Shown here one piece after another: positions 10,410 to 19,418 of a stretch of DNA of 64,000 bases (its first letter is position 1; every line of letters begins with the position of its first letter). The stretch comes from Gammaproteobacteria bacterium. Its GTDB lineage: Bacteria; Pseudomonadota; Gammaproteobacteria; Eutrophobiales; Eutrophobiaceae. The notes beneath the pieces were generated by a model. It was not told the DNA's origin and made no database searches. It saw only the letters and a list, made by a program, of their open reading frames with translations. The stretch covers positions 1,632,001 through 1,696,000 of the forward strand of contig CBDCDS010000003.1 in assembly GCA_965215365.1 (NCBI GenBank), read 5' to 3'. The translations under genes and the position numbers were made by a program.

Positions 10410-11219
10410 ATGATAAAGATCGTTCTGGTAGATACCACCCACCCCGGCAATATCGGCGCCGCCGCCAGGGCCATGAAGACCATGGGCCTGGAGCGCCTGG
10501 CGCTGGTATCCCCGCAACGTTTTCCCAGTGCCGAGTGCACAGCCCGGGCCGCGGGCGCAGACGACCTTTTGGCCCGGGCCGAAGTGTTCTCCAGCCTAGA
10601 AGACGCAGTGGCAGACTGCGCGCTGGTATTCGGCGCCAGTGCCCGCACCCGCAGCATCGCTTGGCCGGAAGTGACGCCGGCCACCGCCGCCGCACAGATA
10701 CTTGACCACGTTGGCAACGGCGGCGGCGCAGCCATCCTGTTCGGGCGTGAGAGCTCCGGCTTGTCCAACGAGCAACTGCAAGTCTGTCATGCCATGATCC
10801 GCATACCGACTAACGCCGACTTTGCGTCGTTGAATATTGCCGCGGCGGTGCAGATCATCTGTTATGAAATCAACAAGCAACGTCTGGCCCGAACCGCTGC
10901 GGCCAAGCACGGCTTGGCAGGCGTTCCCGTCGCGGCCGGGCTACGATCCGCAGCGCCGGACACGGACGTTAATTCACCCATCGGTGATGATGATACCGCA
11001 CCTCCGGTAACGACCCAAGACATGGAGTACCTGTATCAACATCTCGAACAAACCCTGGCCCGGGTGGGTTACCTCAACCGTAAAAAACCCCGCCACCTGA
11101 TGCGTCGCCTGCGCCGCCTGTTCAACCGCGCCCGGCTGGACAGCAACGAATATAACATCCTGCGCGGAATCCTGACGGCAATCGGGAACCGCGCAGGTCA
11201 GGCCCAAAATGACGAATAG
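10410..11219 (+). CDS. trmJ: tRNA C32/U32 2'-O-methyltransferase TrmJ (SPOUT)
   Basis: IVLVDTTHPGNIGAAARAMKTMG, FGRESSGL, SLNIAAAVQI and RLRRLFNR...NILRGIL. Confidence 0.93.
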   Translation: MIKIVLVDTTHPGNIGAAARAMKTMGLERLALVSPQRFPSAECTARAAGADDLLARAEVFSSLEDAVADCALVFGASARTRSIAWPEVTPATAAAQILDHVGNGGGAAILFGRESSGLSNEQLQVCHAMIRIPTNADFASLNIAAAVQIICYEINKQRLARTAAAKHGLAGVPVAAGLRSAAPDTDVNSPIGDDDTAPPVTTQDMEYLYQHLEQTLARVGYLNRKKPRHLMRRLRRLFNRARLDSNEYNILRGILTAIGNRAGQAQNDE

Positions 11220-11227
11220 CTGCCGCC

Positions 11228-14200
11228 CTATGCGGCTTCCCGTCTGTGTCGGGCGGGTGGCAGGGACAGCAGGCGCCGCAGATCGTCAGCGATGATGACG
11301 TTGACCGGGATCATGATGAGCGTGATGAGGGTTGCGAACAGGATGCCGAAGGCCAGCGAGATACCCATGGGGATCAGGAACTGCGCCTGTACCGACTTCT
11401 CGAACAGCAACGGCAACAGGCCGAAGAAGGTAGTCAGTGAGGTCAGCAGCACCGCCCGGAAGCGCGCCACGCCGGCGTTCAGTACCGCGTCCAGCGTGGT
11501 CTTGCCCTGAGCCTTCTGCTGGTTGATAAAATCCACCAGCACCAGGCTGTCGTTTACGACCACGCCGGTCAGCGCCATCAGGCCCAGCAGGCTCGGAAAG
11601 GTCAGGTCGCGCCCCATGAGCCAGTGCCCCCACACCGCGCCGATGATGCCGAAGGGAATGACCGACATGACGATCAGGGGTTGAATATATGATTTTAACG
11701 GCAGCGCCAGCAACAGGTAAATCGCAAACAGCACGGCGAGCATCCCCCATTGCAGGCTCGCAAAGGAGCGGCGCTGTTCCCGGGCCTCGCCTTCTAGGGT
11801 GTAGGTGACACCGGGATAGTTCCGTAGCAGTGTTTGCAGGTAGGCATCAAGGTCGGCCTTCAATATCGTCATGTTAGTCTCTTCCTTATCGACATCGGCG
11901 GTGACATTCATGGTGCGGTAGCGATTGATGCGCTTGATGGCGGACGGACCCTTGCCCGGCGTCAGGGTGGCCACGTGAGCCAGGGGCACCCGCCGGCCCT
12001 CCGGGGTGGTGAGCAGATACTCATCCAGGGTGGACGTGACGCTGCGTTCCTCCCTGGGCAGGCGCACGATGACGCGGATATCATCGCGCCCGCGCTGAAT
12101 GCGTTGCGCCTCAAACCCGCGAAAGGCCTGGCTGACCTGGCTGGCAATGGCGGCCCGGGTCAGCCCCAGCACGTGGCCCTGCGGGGTCAGTTCGATCCGT
12201 ATTTCCTCTTTGCCGTCAGACAGGCTGTCGGCGATATCGAACACGGTGGGGTAGGTGGCCAGACGCTGTTTGACCTGCTCGCCGAGCGCTGCCAGTGCCT
12301 CCAGCGAGTGGCCGCTGAACTGGATGTTGAGCGGGTCGCCGGTGCGGATCAGCTCGGCGCGATAGGTCAGAGACTCGGCCCCTGGGATGACACCGACTGC
12401 GCGCCGCCATTCCCGTAGCAGAGCATTGGTGCTCACGTCAGTCCGGCGCTCGTCGGAAGGCACCGTCTCGATCATGACCTGACCGCGATGACCGTCGTTT
12501 CCGTCAGCGCCGCCGCCCGTCCCTATACCGGCTGCGCCGGTGGTGGAGAGGATATTGCGTATCAGTGGTTCCCCGCTGTCGCCGTTGGTGTATTTCCGCT
12601 GCAGCTCAAAGGCTACCCCGGTAATACGCTGCATGTGCCGGTCGGTGACCTCGAACGGGGTGCCGGCCGGCATAGTCAGGGTTACCACGGCCGTGTCCGC
12701 CTCAATACGGGGAAAAAAAACGAATTTGGCCCAGCCGCTCAGCACCAGCGCCAGCGTGATCAGCAAGACGCCCAGGAAAGCGGCGCTGACCGAGTAACGG
12801 TGCGCCAGGGCGAAACGTAACAGCGGCCGGTAATAGTTCAGTATGCAGCGTTCAAAGCCGTCGGCAAAGCGTTGCTGAAAGCCGCTAAAACCGGTTGGCG
12901 TGGCAGCGCTGTTGCGTACCCTGACGTTTTTCAGGTGCGCCGGCAATACTAATTTCGATTCGATCAGGGAAAACAGCAGGCATGGAATGACCACGGCCGG
13001 TATCGCGCCTAGGAAATCACCCATGCGCCCCTCCACAAAAGCCAGCGGGCTGAAGGCGGCGATGGTGGTGAGGATACCGAACGTGACCGGCACGGCTACC
13101 TGTCTGGTGCCCTGTATGGAAGCAACCAGCGGGTCCTCGCCACGGCGCAGGCGCGCATAGATGTTCTCGCCGGTAACGATGGCATCGTCCACCACAATGC
13201 CAAGTACGATGATGAACCCGAACAGGCTGATCATGTTGATGGTGACGCCACTGAGCGGCATGATGATCAACGCGCCCAGAAAGCTGGCTGGAATACCGAT
13301 GAAGACCCAAAGCGCCACCGCCGGTCTCAGGAACATTGCCAACAGCAGGATCACCAGCATGCCACCCTGTACGCCGTTCTGCAACAAGGTGCCAAGACGC
13401 GCTTTCAGGTACAGGGAGCGGTCGTTCCAGTAGCCCAGGGTAATGCCCGCCGGCAGGGTTGCCTGTCTCCCGGCAATATACTGCCTGACCTTGTCGGCAA
13501 TATCCATGACATCCTGATTGCCGATCCGGTAAACCTGGACCACGGCCGCAAACTCACCGTTAAAACCGGCTTTCAACAGCACTTCCTGAAAACCGTCGTT
13601 GACCGTAGCGACATCGGCCACGCGCAGGATGCTGCCGTCCGGGTTGGTTTTCACAACAATGTCTTCAAACTCTGCACGCCGGTAGGCCTGACCCTTGGCA
13701 CGGATAAGCACATCGCCGCCATCGGTGCGCACATTGCCGGCGGAAACATCCAGTGAACTGCGTTGTATCGCGTAGGCAATATCTGCCAGACTCAGTTGGA
13801 ATTCACGCAAACGATCCTGGGATGCCTCAATGCTGATTTCGTAGTTTCTCACCGCATCCAGCGAAACCTGGGTAATACCGTCGAGGCGCAACAGTTCATC
13901 ACGCACCTGTTCGGCAAAACTGCGGATTTCCTGTTCCTGATAGGCGCCGGCAACCACCACCGAAATGACCGAGCGGGTGCGTTGCGCAAGGCTGACTACC
14001 GGTTTCTCGGTATCGGCGGGGAAGGTATTGATGGCATCGACCCGGTTCTTTATATCGTTGAGCAACGCGCGCGGGTCATAGTCCGAATCCACCTCAATGC
14101 TGACAGAGGTGCGGCCTTCAACCGAACGACTGACAATCTCGTCAATGCCTTCCAGGTCTTGCACCGCTTCCTCAATACGGATAGCGACGCCCAGTTCCAG

Positions 14201-14371
14201 GTCTTCCGGGGTGGCGCCGCGCAACGGCACCGACACGGTGATGACATCCGGCTCGGTTTCCGGAAACATGTCCAGCAGCAGCGAGGTGTTGAGCGAATAA
14301 AGGCCGGCGACAATAATGCTTAACAGCAACAGGTTGGCGGCCACGTGATTTCTGGCAAACCAGTCGATCAT
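11228..14371 (-). CDS. RND efflux transporter permease (AcrB/AcrD/AcrF family)
   Basis: 1047 aa; MIDWFARNHVAANLL, GIVVDDAIV, GVVVNDSLVLV and RFRAVLLTSLTT. Confidence 0.95.
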   Translation of the reverse strand: MIDWFARNHVAANLLLLSIIVAGLYSLNTSLLLDMFPETEPDVITVSVPLRGATPEDLELGVAIRIEEAVQDLEGIDEIVSRSVEGRTSVSIEVDSDYDPRALLNDIKNRVDAINTFPADTEKPVVSLAQRTRSVISVVVAGAYQEQEIRSFAEQVRDELLRLDGITQVSLDAVRNYEISIEASQDRLREFQLSLADIAYAIQRSSLDVSAGNVRTDGGDVLIRAKGQAYRRAEFEDIVVKTNPDGSILRVADVATVNDGFQEVLLKAGFNGEFAAVVQVYRIGNQDVMDIADKVRQYIAGRQATLPAGITLGYWNDRSLYLKARLGTLLQNGVQGGMLVILLLAMFLRPAVALWVFIGIPASFLGALIIMPLSGVTINMISLFGFIIVLGIVVDDAIVTGENIYARLRRGEDPLVASIQGTRQVAVPVTFGILTTIAAFSPLAFVEGRMGDFLGAIPAVVIPCLLFSLIESKLVLPAHLKNVRVRNSAATPTGFSGFQQRFADGFERCILNYYRPLLRFALAHRYSVSAAFLGVLLITLALVLSGWAKFVFFPRIEADTAVVTLTMPAGTPFEVTDRHMQRITGVAFELQRKYTNGDSGEPLIRNILSTTGAAGIGTGGGADGNDGHRGQVMIETVPSDERRTDVSTNALLREWRRAVGVIPGAESLTYRAELIRTGDPLNIQFSGHSLEALAALGEQVKQRLATYPTVFDIADSLSDGKEEIRIELTPQGHVLGLTRAAIASQVSQAFRGFEAQRIQRGRDDIRVIVRLPREERSVTSTLDEYLLTTPEGRRVPLAHVATLTPGKGPSAIKRINRYRTMNVTADVDKEETNMTILKADLDAYLQTLLRNYPGVTYTLEGEAREQRRSFASLQWGMLAVLFAIYLLLALPLKSYIQPLIVMSVIPFGIIGAVWGHWLMGRDLTFPSLLGLMALTGVVVNDSLVLVDFINQQKAQGKTTLDAVLNAGVARFRAVLLTSLTTFFGLLPLLFEKSVQAQFLIPMGISLAFGILFATLITLIMIPVNVIIADDLRRLLSLPPARHRREAA

Positions 14372-14381
14372 GTTTGCTCGT

Positions 14382-15590
14382 TCACGTGTTGGTATTGCGA
14401 CCTTGCGTATCAGGGGGCAGGGTACGCGCAGCTCGGGCCGGCTGCTTTGAAACCGTCACGCGTACTCCAGAGGTGACCTGACCCAACGGCGTCAACACCA
14501 GCAGTTCGCCCGGCTCAAGACCGCTTGCGATCAGCGCCTCGGTCTGGTTCTGCCAGGCGACCTTAATGTCGCGTCGCTGTAAGATCCCGTCTGCCACGGT
14601 GTAAACGTAACCGCCCTGGTAAATCGCGCCGGTTGGGATGAGCAGGGCCTCGGGCAACAGTGTACCCTCCACTTCGGCGGTGACGTACTGGCCTATCTTC
14701 AGCGGCGCCTGGGCGCGCGCATCAATGCCAAAGGGGTCATCTATCTGCGCCACCACATGCAGTTGCCGGGCGCGCTCGTCAATGGCACCCTCGGTACGCA
14801 CCACCCGGCCCGGCCAGCTTGAGCCGTCGCCTAGCTCGGAACGGACTGTCACGCGCGGGCCGGAGGGCGCCGCCCCGGTATCAAACCGGTAGTTCTCGGG
14901 CAGGTCGATAAAAGACAGGTCGCGATTGCGTAGCGGCAGGCGCACTTCCACGTAATCCACCGCGTAAATCTCTGCCAGTGATGAGCTTCTGCTCACCACC
15001 TGTCCCTGGTCCACCAGTTGGCGCAGCACCCGCCCTGCATAGGGCGCCACCACGCGGGTGCGTTCCAGTTCCAGACGCGCCTTGTCCAGCGCAGACTGCG
15101 CCGACGCCACCTGCGCCCGGGCTGCGGCCAGTTGCGGCTGACGCAGCACCAGGGCTGGCGCCGGTCCCCGGTTGCCCAGCCGCTGCCAGTCTTCCCGCGC
15201 CTGTGCGCCCCGGGCCTGTTCCTGGAGCAGCGCCTGCTGTGCGTCCAGCAGCGAGCTCTCGGCAATTTTGACATTGGCCAGATACTCGCGCCGGTCGATG
15301 TTGAGCAACACCTCGCCCTGCTCGAAAAAGCCGCCGGTTCTCAGACTGTCGTTGATGGAGGTAATCTCGCCGAAAACCTGCGCCACCAGCATACTGCGGG
15401 TACGCGGTTGTACGGTGCCGAAACTTTGCAGGGTTACGCGGTACGGCCGCCGTTCCAGCTCCAGTACAGCCACGCGTAGTTGCGGCCCCGCCGGCGCCTG
15501 GTCGCGCTCTGCTTGGGGCGGGTTGTGCAGGATCAGGTAAGCCAGACCGGCCAGCACGGCCAGAATAATGATGGGGGCCAGTTTTCTCAT
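14382..15590 (-). CDS. RND efflux periplasmic adaptor (MFP)
   Basis: Start MRKLAPIIILAVL at 15590 (the ORF-track extension is MITE/OMF sequence). Coiled-coil hairpin, LERTRVVAPYAG and PLKIGQYV. Confidence 0.92.
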   Translation of the reverse strand: MRKLAPIIILAVLAGLAYLILHNPPQAERDQAPAGPQLRVAVLELERRPYRVTLQSFGTVQPRTRSMLVAQVFGEITSINDSLRTGGFFEQGEVLLNIDRREYLANVKIAESSLLDAQQALLQEQARGAQAREDWQRLGNRGPAPALVLRQPQLAAARAQVASAQSALDKARLELERTRVVAPYAGRVLRQLVDQGQVVSRSSSLAEIYAVDYVEVRLPLRNRDLSFIDLPENYRFDTGAAPSGPRVTVRSELGDGSSWPGRVVRTEGAIDERARQLHVVAQIDDPFGIDARAQAPLKIGQYVTAEVEGTLLPEALLIPTGAIYQGGYVYTVADGILQRRDIKVAWQNQTEALIASGLEPGELLVLTPLGQVTSGVRVTVSKQPARAARTLPPDTQGRNTNT

Positions 15591-15597
15591 TGTTGCC

Positions 15598-15661
15598 TTA
15601 ACCCGCAGACAGAACCAATCCGACGCGATCTTCGCATCACCTGGTGAGATATGCGGGTTAA
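15598..15661. repeat. MITE family B, short form
   Basis: TTAACCCGCAG...GATCTTCGCATCACCTGGTGAGATATGCGGGTTAA; overlaps the OMF stop codon. Confidence 0.85.
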
Positions 15662-17004
15662 CCAAAGTCGCCACCGAGAGCCAGATACAGGGCAACGCGG
15701 TTCTGCAACAGCTGGTTGCGCAGTTCGATCACCCCCGATTGTATATCAAAAGCCCGGCGCTGCGCTTCCAGCGCCGTAGTATAAGGGACCAGGCCGCGCT
15801 GGTACTGTGCAAACGCCAGGGTCAGCGCCGCCACGGCATTTTTTTCTGCAGCCAGGGTCACCTGGTAGCGGGTTTGTAGCGCGCGCCCGCGGCTGAGAGC
15901 GTTTTCCACTTCGGAGAAGGCCTGGTACAGATTTTCCAGGTATTGATTCTCGGCTTGTGTCAGGCGCGCCCGGGCCTGTTGTTCCTGCGCTTTCAGGCGG
16001 CCGGCGTTGAACAACGGCTGAGTCAGGTTGCCGAGTATCGACCAGGCCAGCGGGGTGCCGTTCAGCAGGCTGTCCAGATCTTGCGAAACATCGCCGCCGG
16101 ACGTCGCCAGAACCAGACGCGGGAAGCGTTGCTTGTGTGCGATCGCCACCGCCGCGTCCTGTGCCAACAGGTTGGCCCAGGCCTGCTGCAAGTCCGGGCG
16201 GCGGCTGATGAGTTCCGACGGCAGGCCGGCGGGGACCGGCGTTGCAATAATCGGCAGCGTTGTGCCGGTTGTCATGTTCACCTCCGGGTTCCCGTCCGGG
16301 TAGGCGCCCAGCAGCAATTGCAGCGCCACCTGATGTTCCGATAATGTCTGCTCCTGGGCGGCGATACGGGCGCGCTCCTGGTCAGTATTGGCGCGGGCCA
16401 GATAAACGTCTAGGGCGCCGGTCAAGCCCTGATTGTAGGCGCTTTCGATAATATCCAGGTCTTCTTCCAGGTTCGTCAGGCGTTCGCGCAGCAAGGCCAG
16501 CAACTCCCCGGCGCCGATTATGTTGAACCAGCCCCGCGCCACCTTGCCGGCCACCTGGCACCGGGCCGCCTGATAACGCGCCTGCGCGGCCAGCAGGCTC
16601 AGACCGGCCTGCCGCTCTGCGTCGCGCAGCCTGCCCCAGGCATCAATTTCCCAAGACAGGTCGGCGCCGATCTCAAAGTTGCTGGCGGTGCGCGTGATGC
16701 CGAACTGGTTGCTGATGACACGCCGGCGCGAGGAATCAAACGTCAGGTTCAGTTGCGGCCAGCGCGCCGCGCCGCTGACGCCGACCGCCTGCCGCGCCGC
16801 GGCAACCTCCGCAGCCAGTTGCGCCAACTGGTAATTCTGCGCCATGGCAGTGGTCACCAGTTCGTCAAGCCGGGTGCTACCCAGTTCAACCAGCCAGCCG
16901 TCCTGAACCGCGCCATACTCAGCCACCCCGCGCCAGCTTTCCGGCAAGTCCCGCTCCCGCACTTCGGGCGAGACGGCAGAGCCCGCGCACCCGGCTAGGA
17001 ACAA
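15658..17004 (-). CDS. Efflux outer membrane factor lipoprotein (NodT/TolC family); start uncertain
   Basis: Lipobox LAGC; SWEIDAWGRLR, PAGLPSELISRRPDL, PLFNAGRL and LYLALGGD. No in-frame ATG/GTG upstream of the lipobox. Confidence 0.9.
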   Translation of the reverse strand: MFLAGCAGSAVSPEVRERDLPESWRGVAEYGAVQDGWLVELGSTRLDELVTTAMAQNYQLAQLAAEVAAARQAVGVSGAARWPQLNLTFDSSRRRVISNQFGITRTASNFEIGADLSWEIDAWGRLRDAERQAGLSLLAAQARYQAARCQVAGKVARGWFNIIGAGELLALLRERLTNLEEDLDIIESAYNQGLTGALDVYLARANTDQERARIAAQEQTLSEHQVALQLLLGAYPDGNPEVNMTTGTTLPIIATPVPAGLPSELISRRPDLQQAWANLLAQDAAVAIAHKQRFPRLVLATSGGDVSQDLDSLLNGTPLAWSILGNLTQPLFNAGRLKAQEQQARARLTQAENQYLENLYQAFSEVENALSRGRALQTRYQVTLAAEKNAVAALTLAFAQYQRGLVPYTTALEAQRRAFDIQSGVIELRNQLLQNRVALYLALGGDFG

Positions 17005-17082
17005 GGCCGCAATGAGGGCGGATAATGGTGGAATGATAGCTGGGGTCAGAGTAAAAAAACCTTGAGGTAATGGGATTCGTTA

Positions 17083-17493
17083 CTACTCGTCGGGAATGTC
17101 GGCGCGCGGCAACTGTTGGTCGAGAACACTGGCGATATACTGGTTGTTGGCCTTCAGACTGGTCTCCACAATGACAAGGCGCTTATCAATCTTCACCACA
17201 CTTGTCTCTAGGTCTGTCATGCGTACATCCAACGCAGCAATTCGGTCGGACAGTCTTTTCTCCACTTCATTGATCCTGTCAGACAGCTTGTTCTCCACCT
17301 CATTGATCCTGTCAGACAGCTTGTTCTCCACCTCATTGATCCTGTCAGACAGCTTACTCTCCACCTCACTGATCCTGACCGATAGCCGGTTTTCCACCGC
17401 GACAATGCGGCCGGACAGGTTGGTATGGCTCCAAGTGCTGGAGCCTACAATGGCTATGATCAGCGTTATCAGGTGTATGGTCTGTTTGTCCAT
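17083..17493 (-). CDS. Membrane-anchored coiled-coil protein with 11-residue tandem repeats
   Basis: GGAG RBS and ATG at 17493; hydrophobic N-terminus LITLIIAIVG, then VENRLSVRISE / VESKLSDRINE / VENKLSDRINE x2 / VEKRLSDRIAA. Confidence 0.8.
   Translation of the reverse strand: MDKQTIHLITLIIAIVGSSTWSHTNLSGRIVAVENRLSVRISEVESKLSDRINEVENKLSDRINEVENKLSDRINEVEKRLSDRIAALDVRMTDLETSVVKIDKRLVIVETSLKANNQYIASVLDQQLPRADIPDE
17258..17400. repeat. 33-bp coding tandem repeat (about 4-5 units)
   Basis: Unit TTCTCCACCTCATTGATCCTGTCAGACAGCTTG repeated almost perfectly. Confidence 0.92.
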
Positions 17494-17546
17494 TGGTACT
17501 ATCTCCCGGAAGCCGTGAGGGCCCCTTGTTTTGATCACTGAAACTG

Positions 17547-17609
17547 ATTATAGCCTGTTGAGGGGTGGGGCTGCATGTTTTTTTTCGGAAAAATGTGAGT
17601 TTTCTCACA
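17547..17609 (-). promoter_or_regulatory. CRP-type site plus -10 element (class I geometry) for the coiled-coil gene and efflux operon
   Basis: TGTGA-GTTTTC-TCACA at 17594-17609; TATAAT on the minus strand at 17552-17547; poor -35. Confidence 0.65.
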
Positions 17610-17652
17610 AAACTGCAAAGGTTTTGCTGTTCGGCTGGGCAAGGACAGGAAA

Positions 17653-17682
17653 TTGACAGCGGCAGAGGAAAAACGATAGAAT
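17653..17682 (+). promoter_or_regulatory. Sigma70-type promoter of the formate dehydrogenase operon
   Basis: TTGACA (17653-17658), 18-bp spacer, TAGAAT (17677-17682). Confidence 0.6.
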
Positions 17683-17753
17683 AGGCGAGGCTGGCAGGTT
17701 GTTGCATGGGTTAGCCCGTGACCTGACTTTTTCTACCTGGATTACTGGATCTG

Positions 17754-19418
17754 ATGAAGCGCACGCGCGGCGAGAAAGGCCGCATACAAGGCCGCACTAC
17801 ACCACGCAAGGCATTGGCCGAGGTGCGCGCACTGCTGGGGGAGGCGCCGCGCTCGCGCGAGCTGCTGGTGGAACACCTGCACAAGCTTCAGGACCATTAC
17901 GGACATTTGTCGCACCGCCATCTCCTGGCGTTGGCCATAGACATGGAATTGCCCATGGCCGAAGTCTATGAGACGGCCACCTTTTATCATCATTTCGACG
18001 TACTGAAAGCCAATGAGACTCCGCCGCCGGCACTGACCGTGCGTGTCTGTGAATCGCTGACCTGTGAGATGTTCGGCGCGTCCAACCTGATCAGTGCCTT
18101 GCAAGCAGAAACAGACCTGGCCCAAATCCGGATTCAGCCGGTTCCCTGCGTTGGCCGTTGCCAGGGCGCGCCGGTGGCCGTGGTGGGGACCAGCCCGGTA
18201 GAACAGGCCCAGCCGGAGACGGTTGTAACTGCCATAAAACGTGGGGAAGCCGTGTGTCCCGAACCGGATGCCACCCGTTATGCGGACTATCGTGCGCAAG
18301 GTGGCTACCAACTGTTGATCGATTGTCACAACGGCAACTACACGCCGGAGCAGGTTATTGACATACTGGAGCAAGCCGGCCTGCGCGGTTTGGGCGGCGC
18401 CGGTTTCCCGGCAGGACGGAAATGGCTTATCCTGCGCGGCCAGACGCAACCGCGGCTGCTCGCGGTGAATATTGATGAGGGTGAGCCGGGCACATTCAAA
18501 GATCGGTATTACCTGGAACGTGACCCGCACCGTTTCCTTGAAGGGGCGCTCATCGCAGCCTGGGCCATTGAGGCAGAAGCAATATACATTTACCTGCGCG
18601 ACGAATACGCCGGCTGCCGTGCGTTGTTGCAGACGGAACTGGCGGCTTTGCAACAAGACCCGCCGTGCCCGCTGCCGTCGCTCCACCTGCGCCGCGGCGC
18701 CGGCGCTTATATCTGTGGGGAAGAATCCGCCATGCTGGAATCCATAGAGGGTAAACGCGGTATGCCGCGCTTGCGCCCGCCTTATGTGGCGGAGGTGGGC
18801 CTGTTCAACCGCCCCACTCTGGAGCAGAACATGGAGACCTTGCACTGGGTAAGGGATCTGGTTGAGAAGGGCCCCGAGTGGTTTACCTCCCAGGGACGGC
18901 GCGGTCGCCAGGGGCTGCGTTCGTTCTCGGTCAGTGGCCGGGTGCAAAACCCCGGCGTGCACCTGGCGCCGGCCGGTATCAGTATCCGCGAGCTTATTGA
19001 TGAATACTGTGGCGGTATGCTGCCGGGGCACGAATTCTACGGCTACTTCCCCGGCGGCGCGTCCGGTGGGATATTGCCCGCCGCGTTGGATGACGTGCCG
19101 CTGGATTTTGACACCTTGCAGCCGCACGGCGCGTTTATCGGTTCGGCCGCAGTCATTGTGCTGTCCGATCAGGACAGCGCCCGCGCACTCGCATTGAACG
19201 CGATGCGCTTTTTTGAGCATGAATCCTGCGGCCAGTGTACACCCTGCCGGGTGGGGACGGCCAAGGCGGTGAAACTGATGGAGCAATCCGAATGGAACCA
19301 GCTGCTGCTGGAAGATCTGGCGCAAGCTATGGAGGACGCCTCCATCTGCGGACTGGGTCAGGCCGCGCCGAACCCGTTACGTTGCGCCATGAAGTATTTT
19401 CCGGGAGAGTTTTCTTAA
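17754..19418 (+). CDS. NAD-dependent formate dehydrogenase beta subunit (NuoE+NuoF-like fusion)
   Basis: ETATFYHHF, CESLTC...CVGRC [2Fe-2S], GLRGLGGAGFPAG, NIDEGEPGTFKDR, GAYICGEESAM and ESCGQCTPCR. Confidence 0.93.
   Translation: MKRTRGEKGRIQGRTTPRKALAEVRALLGEAPRSRELLVEHLHKLQDHYGHLSHRHLLALAIDMELPMAEVYETATFYHHFDVLKANETPPPALTVRVCESLTCEMFGASNLISALQAETDLAQIRIQPVPCVGRCQGAPVAVVGTSPVEQAQPETVVTAIKRGEAVCPEPDATRYADYRAQGGYQLLIDCHNGNYTPEQVIDILEQAGLRGLGGAGFPAGRKWLILRGQTQPRLLAVNIDEGEPGTFKDRYYLERDPHRFLEGALIAAWAIEAEAIYIYLRDEYAGCRALLQTELAALQQDPPCPLPSLHLRRGAGAYICGEESAMLESIEGKRGMPRLRPPYVAEVGLFNRPTLEQNMETLHWVRDLVEKGPEWFTSQGRRGRQGLRSFSVSGRVQNPGVHLAPAGISIRELIDEYCGGMLPGHEFYGYFPGGASGGILPAALDDVPLDFDTLQPHGAFIGSAAVIVLSDQDSARALALNAMRFFEHESCGQCTPCRVGTAKAVKLMEQSEWNQLLLEDLAQAMEDASICGLGQAAPNPLRCAMKYFPGEFS

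Noticed and set aside
17258-17400. 33-bp direct repeats as a CRISPR array
   Set aside because: The units are contiguous with no unique spacers, they are an in-frame coding repeat, and no cas genes are present.
17742-19325. 527-aa antisense ORF, and similar long shadow ORFs such as 7375-8535, 27529-28542 and 35025-35930
   Set aside because: They lie opposite well-supported genes in GC-rich DNA and show no recognisable motifs.
19235-19417. Extended N-terminus of FDH alpha
   Set aside because: It overlaps the beta gene; the TAATG-coupled ATG at 19418 gives a typical start.
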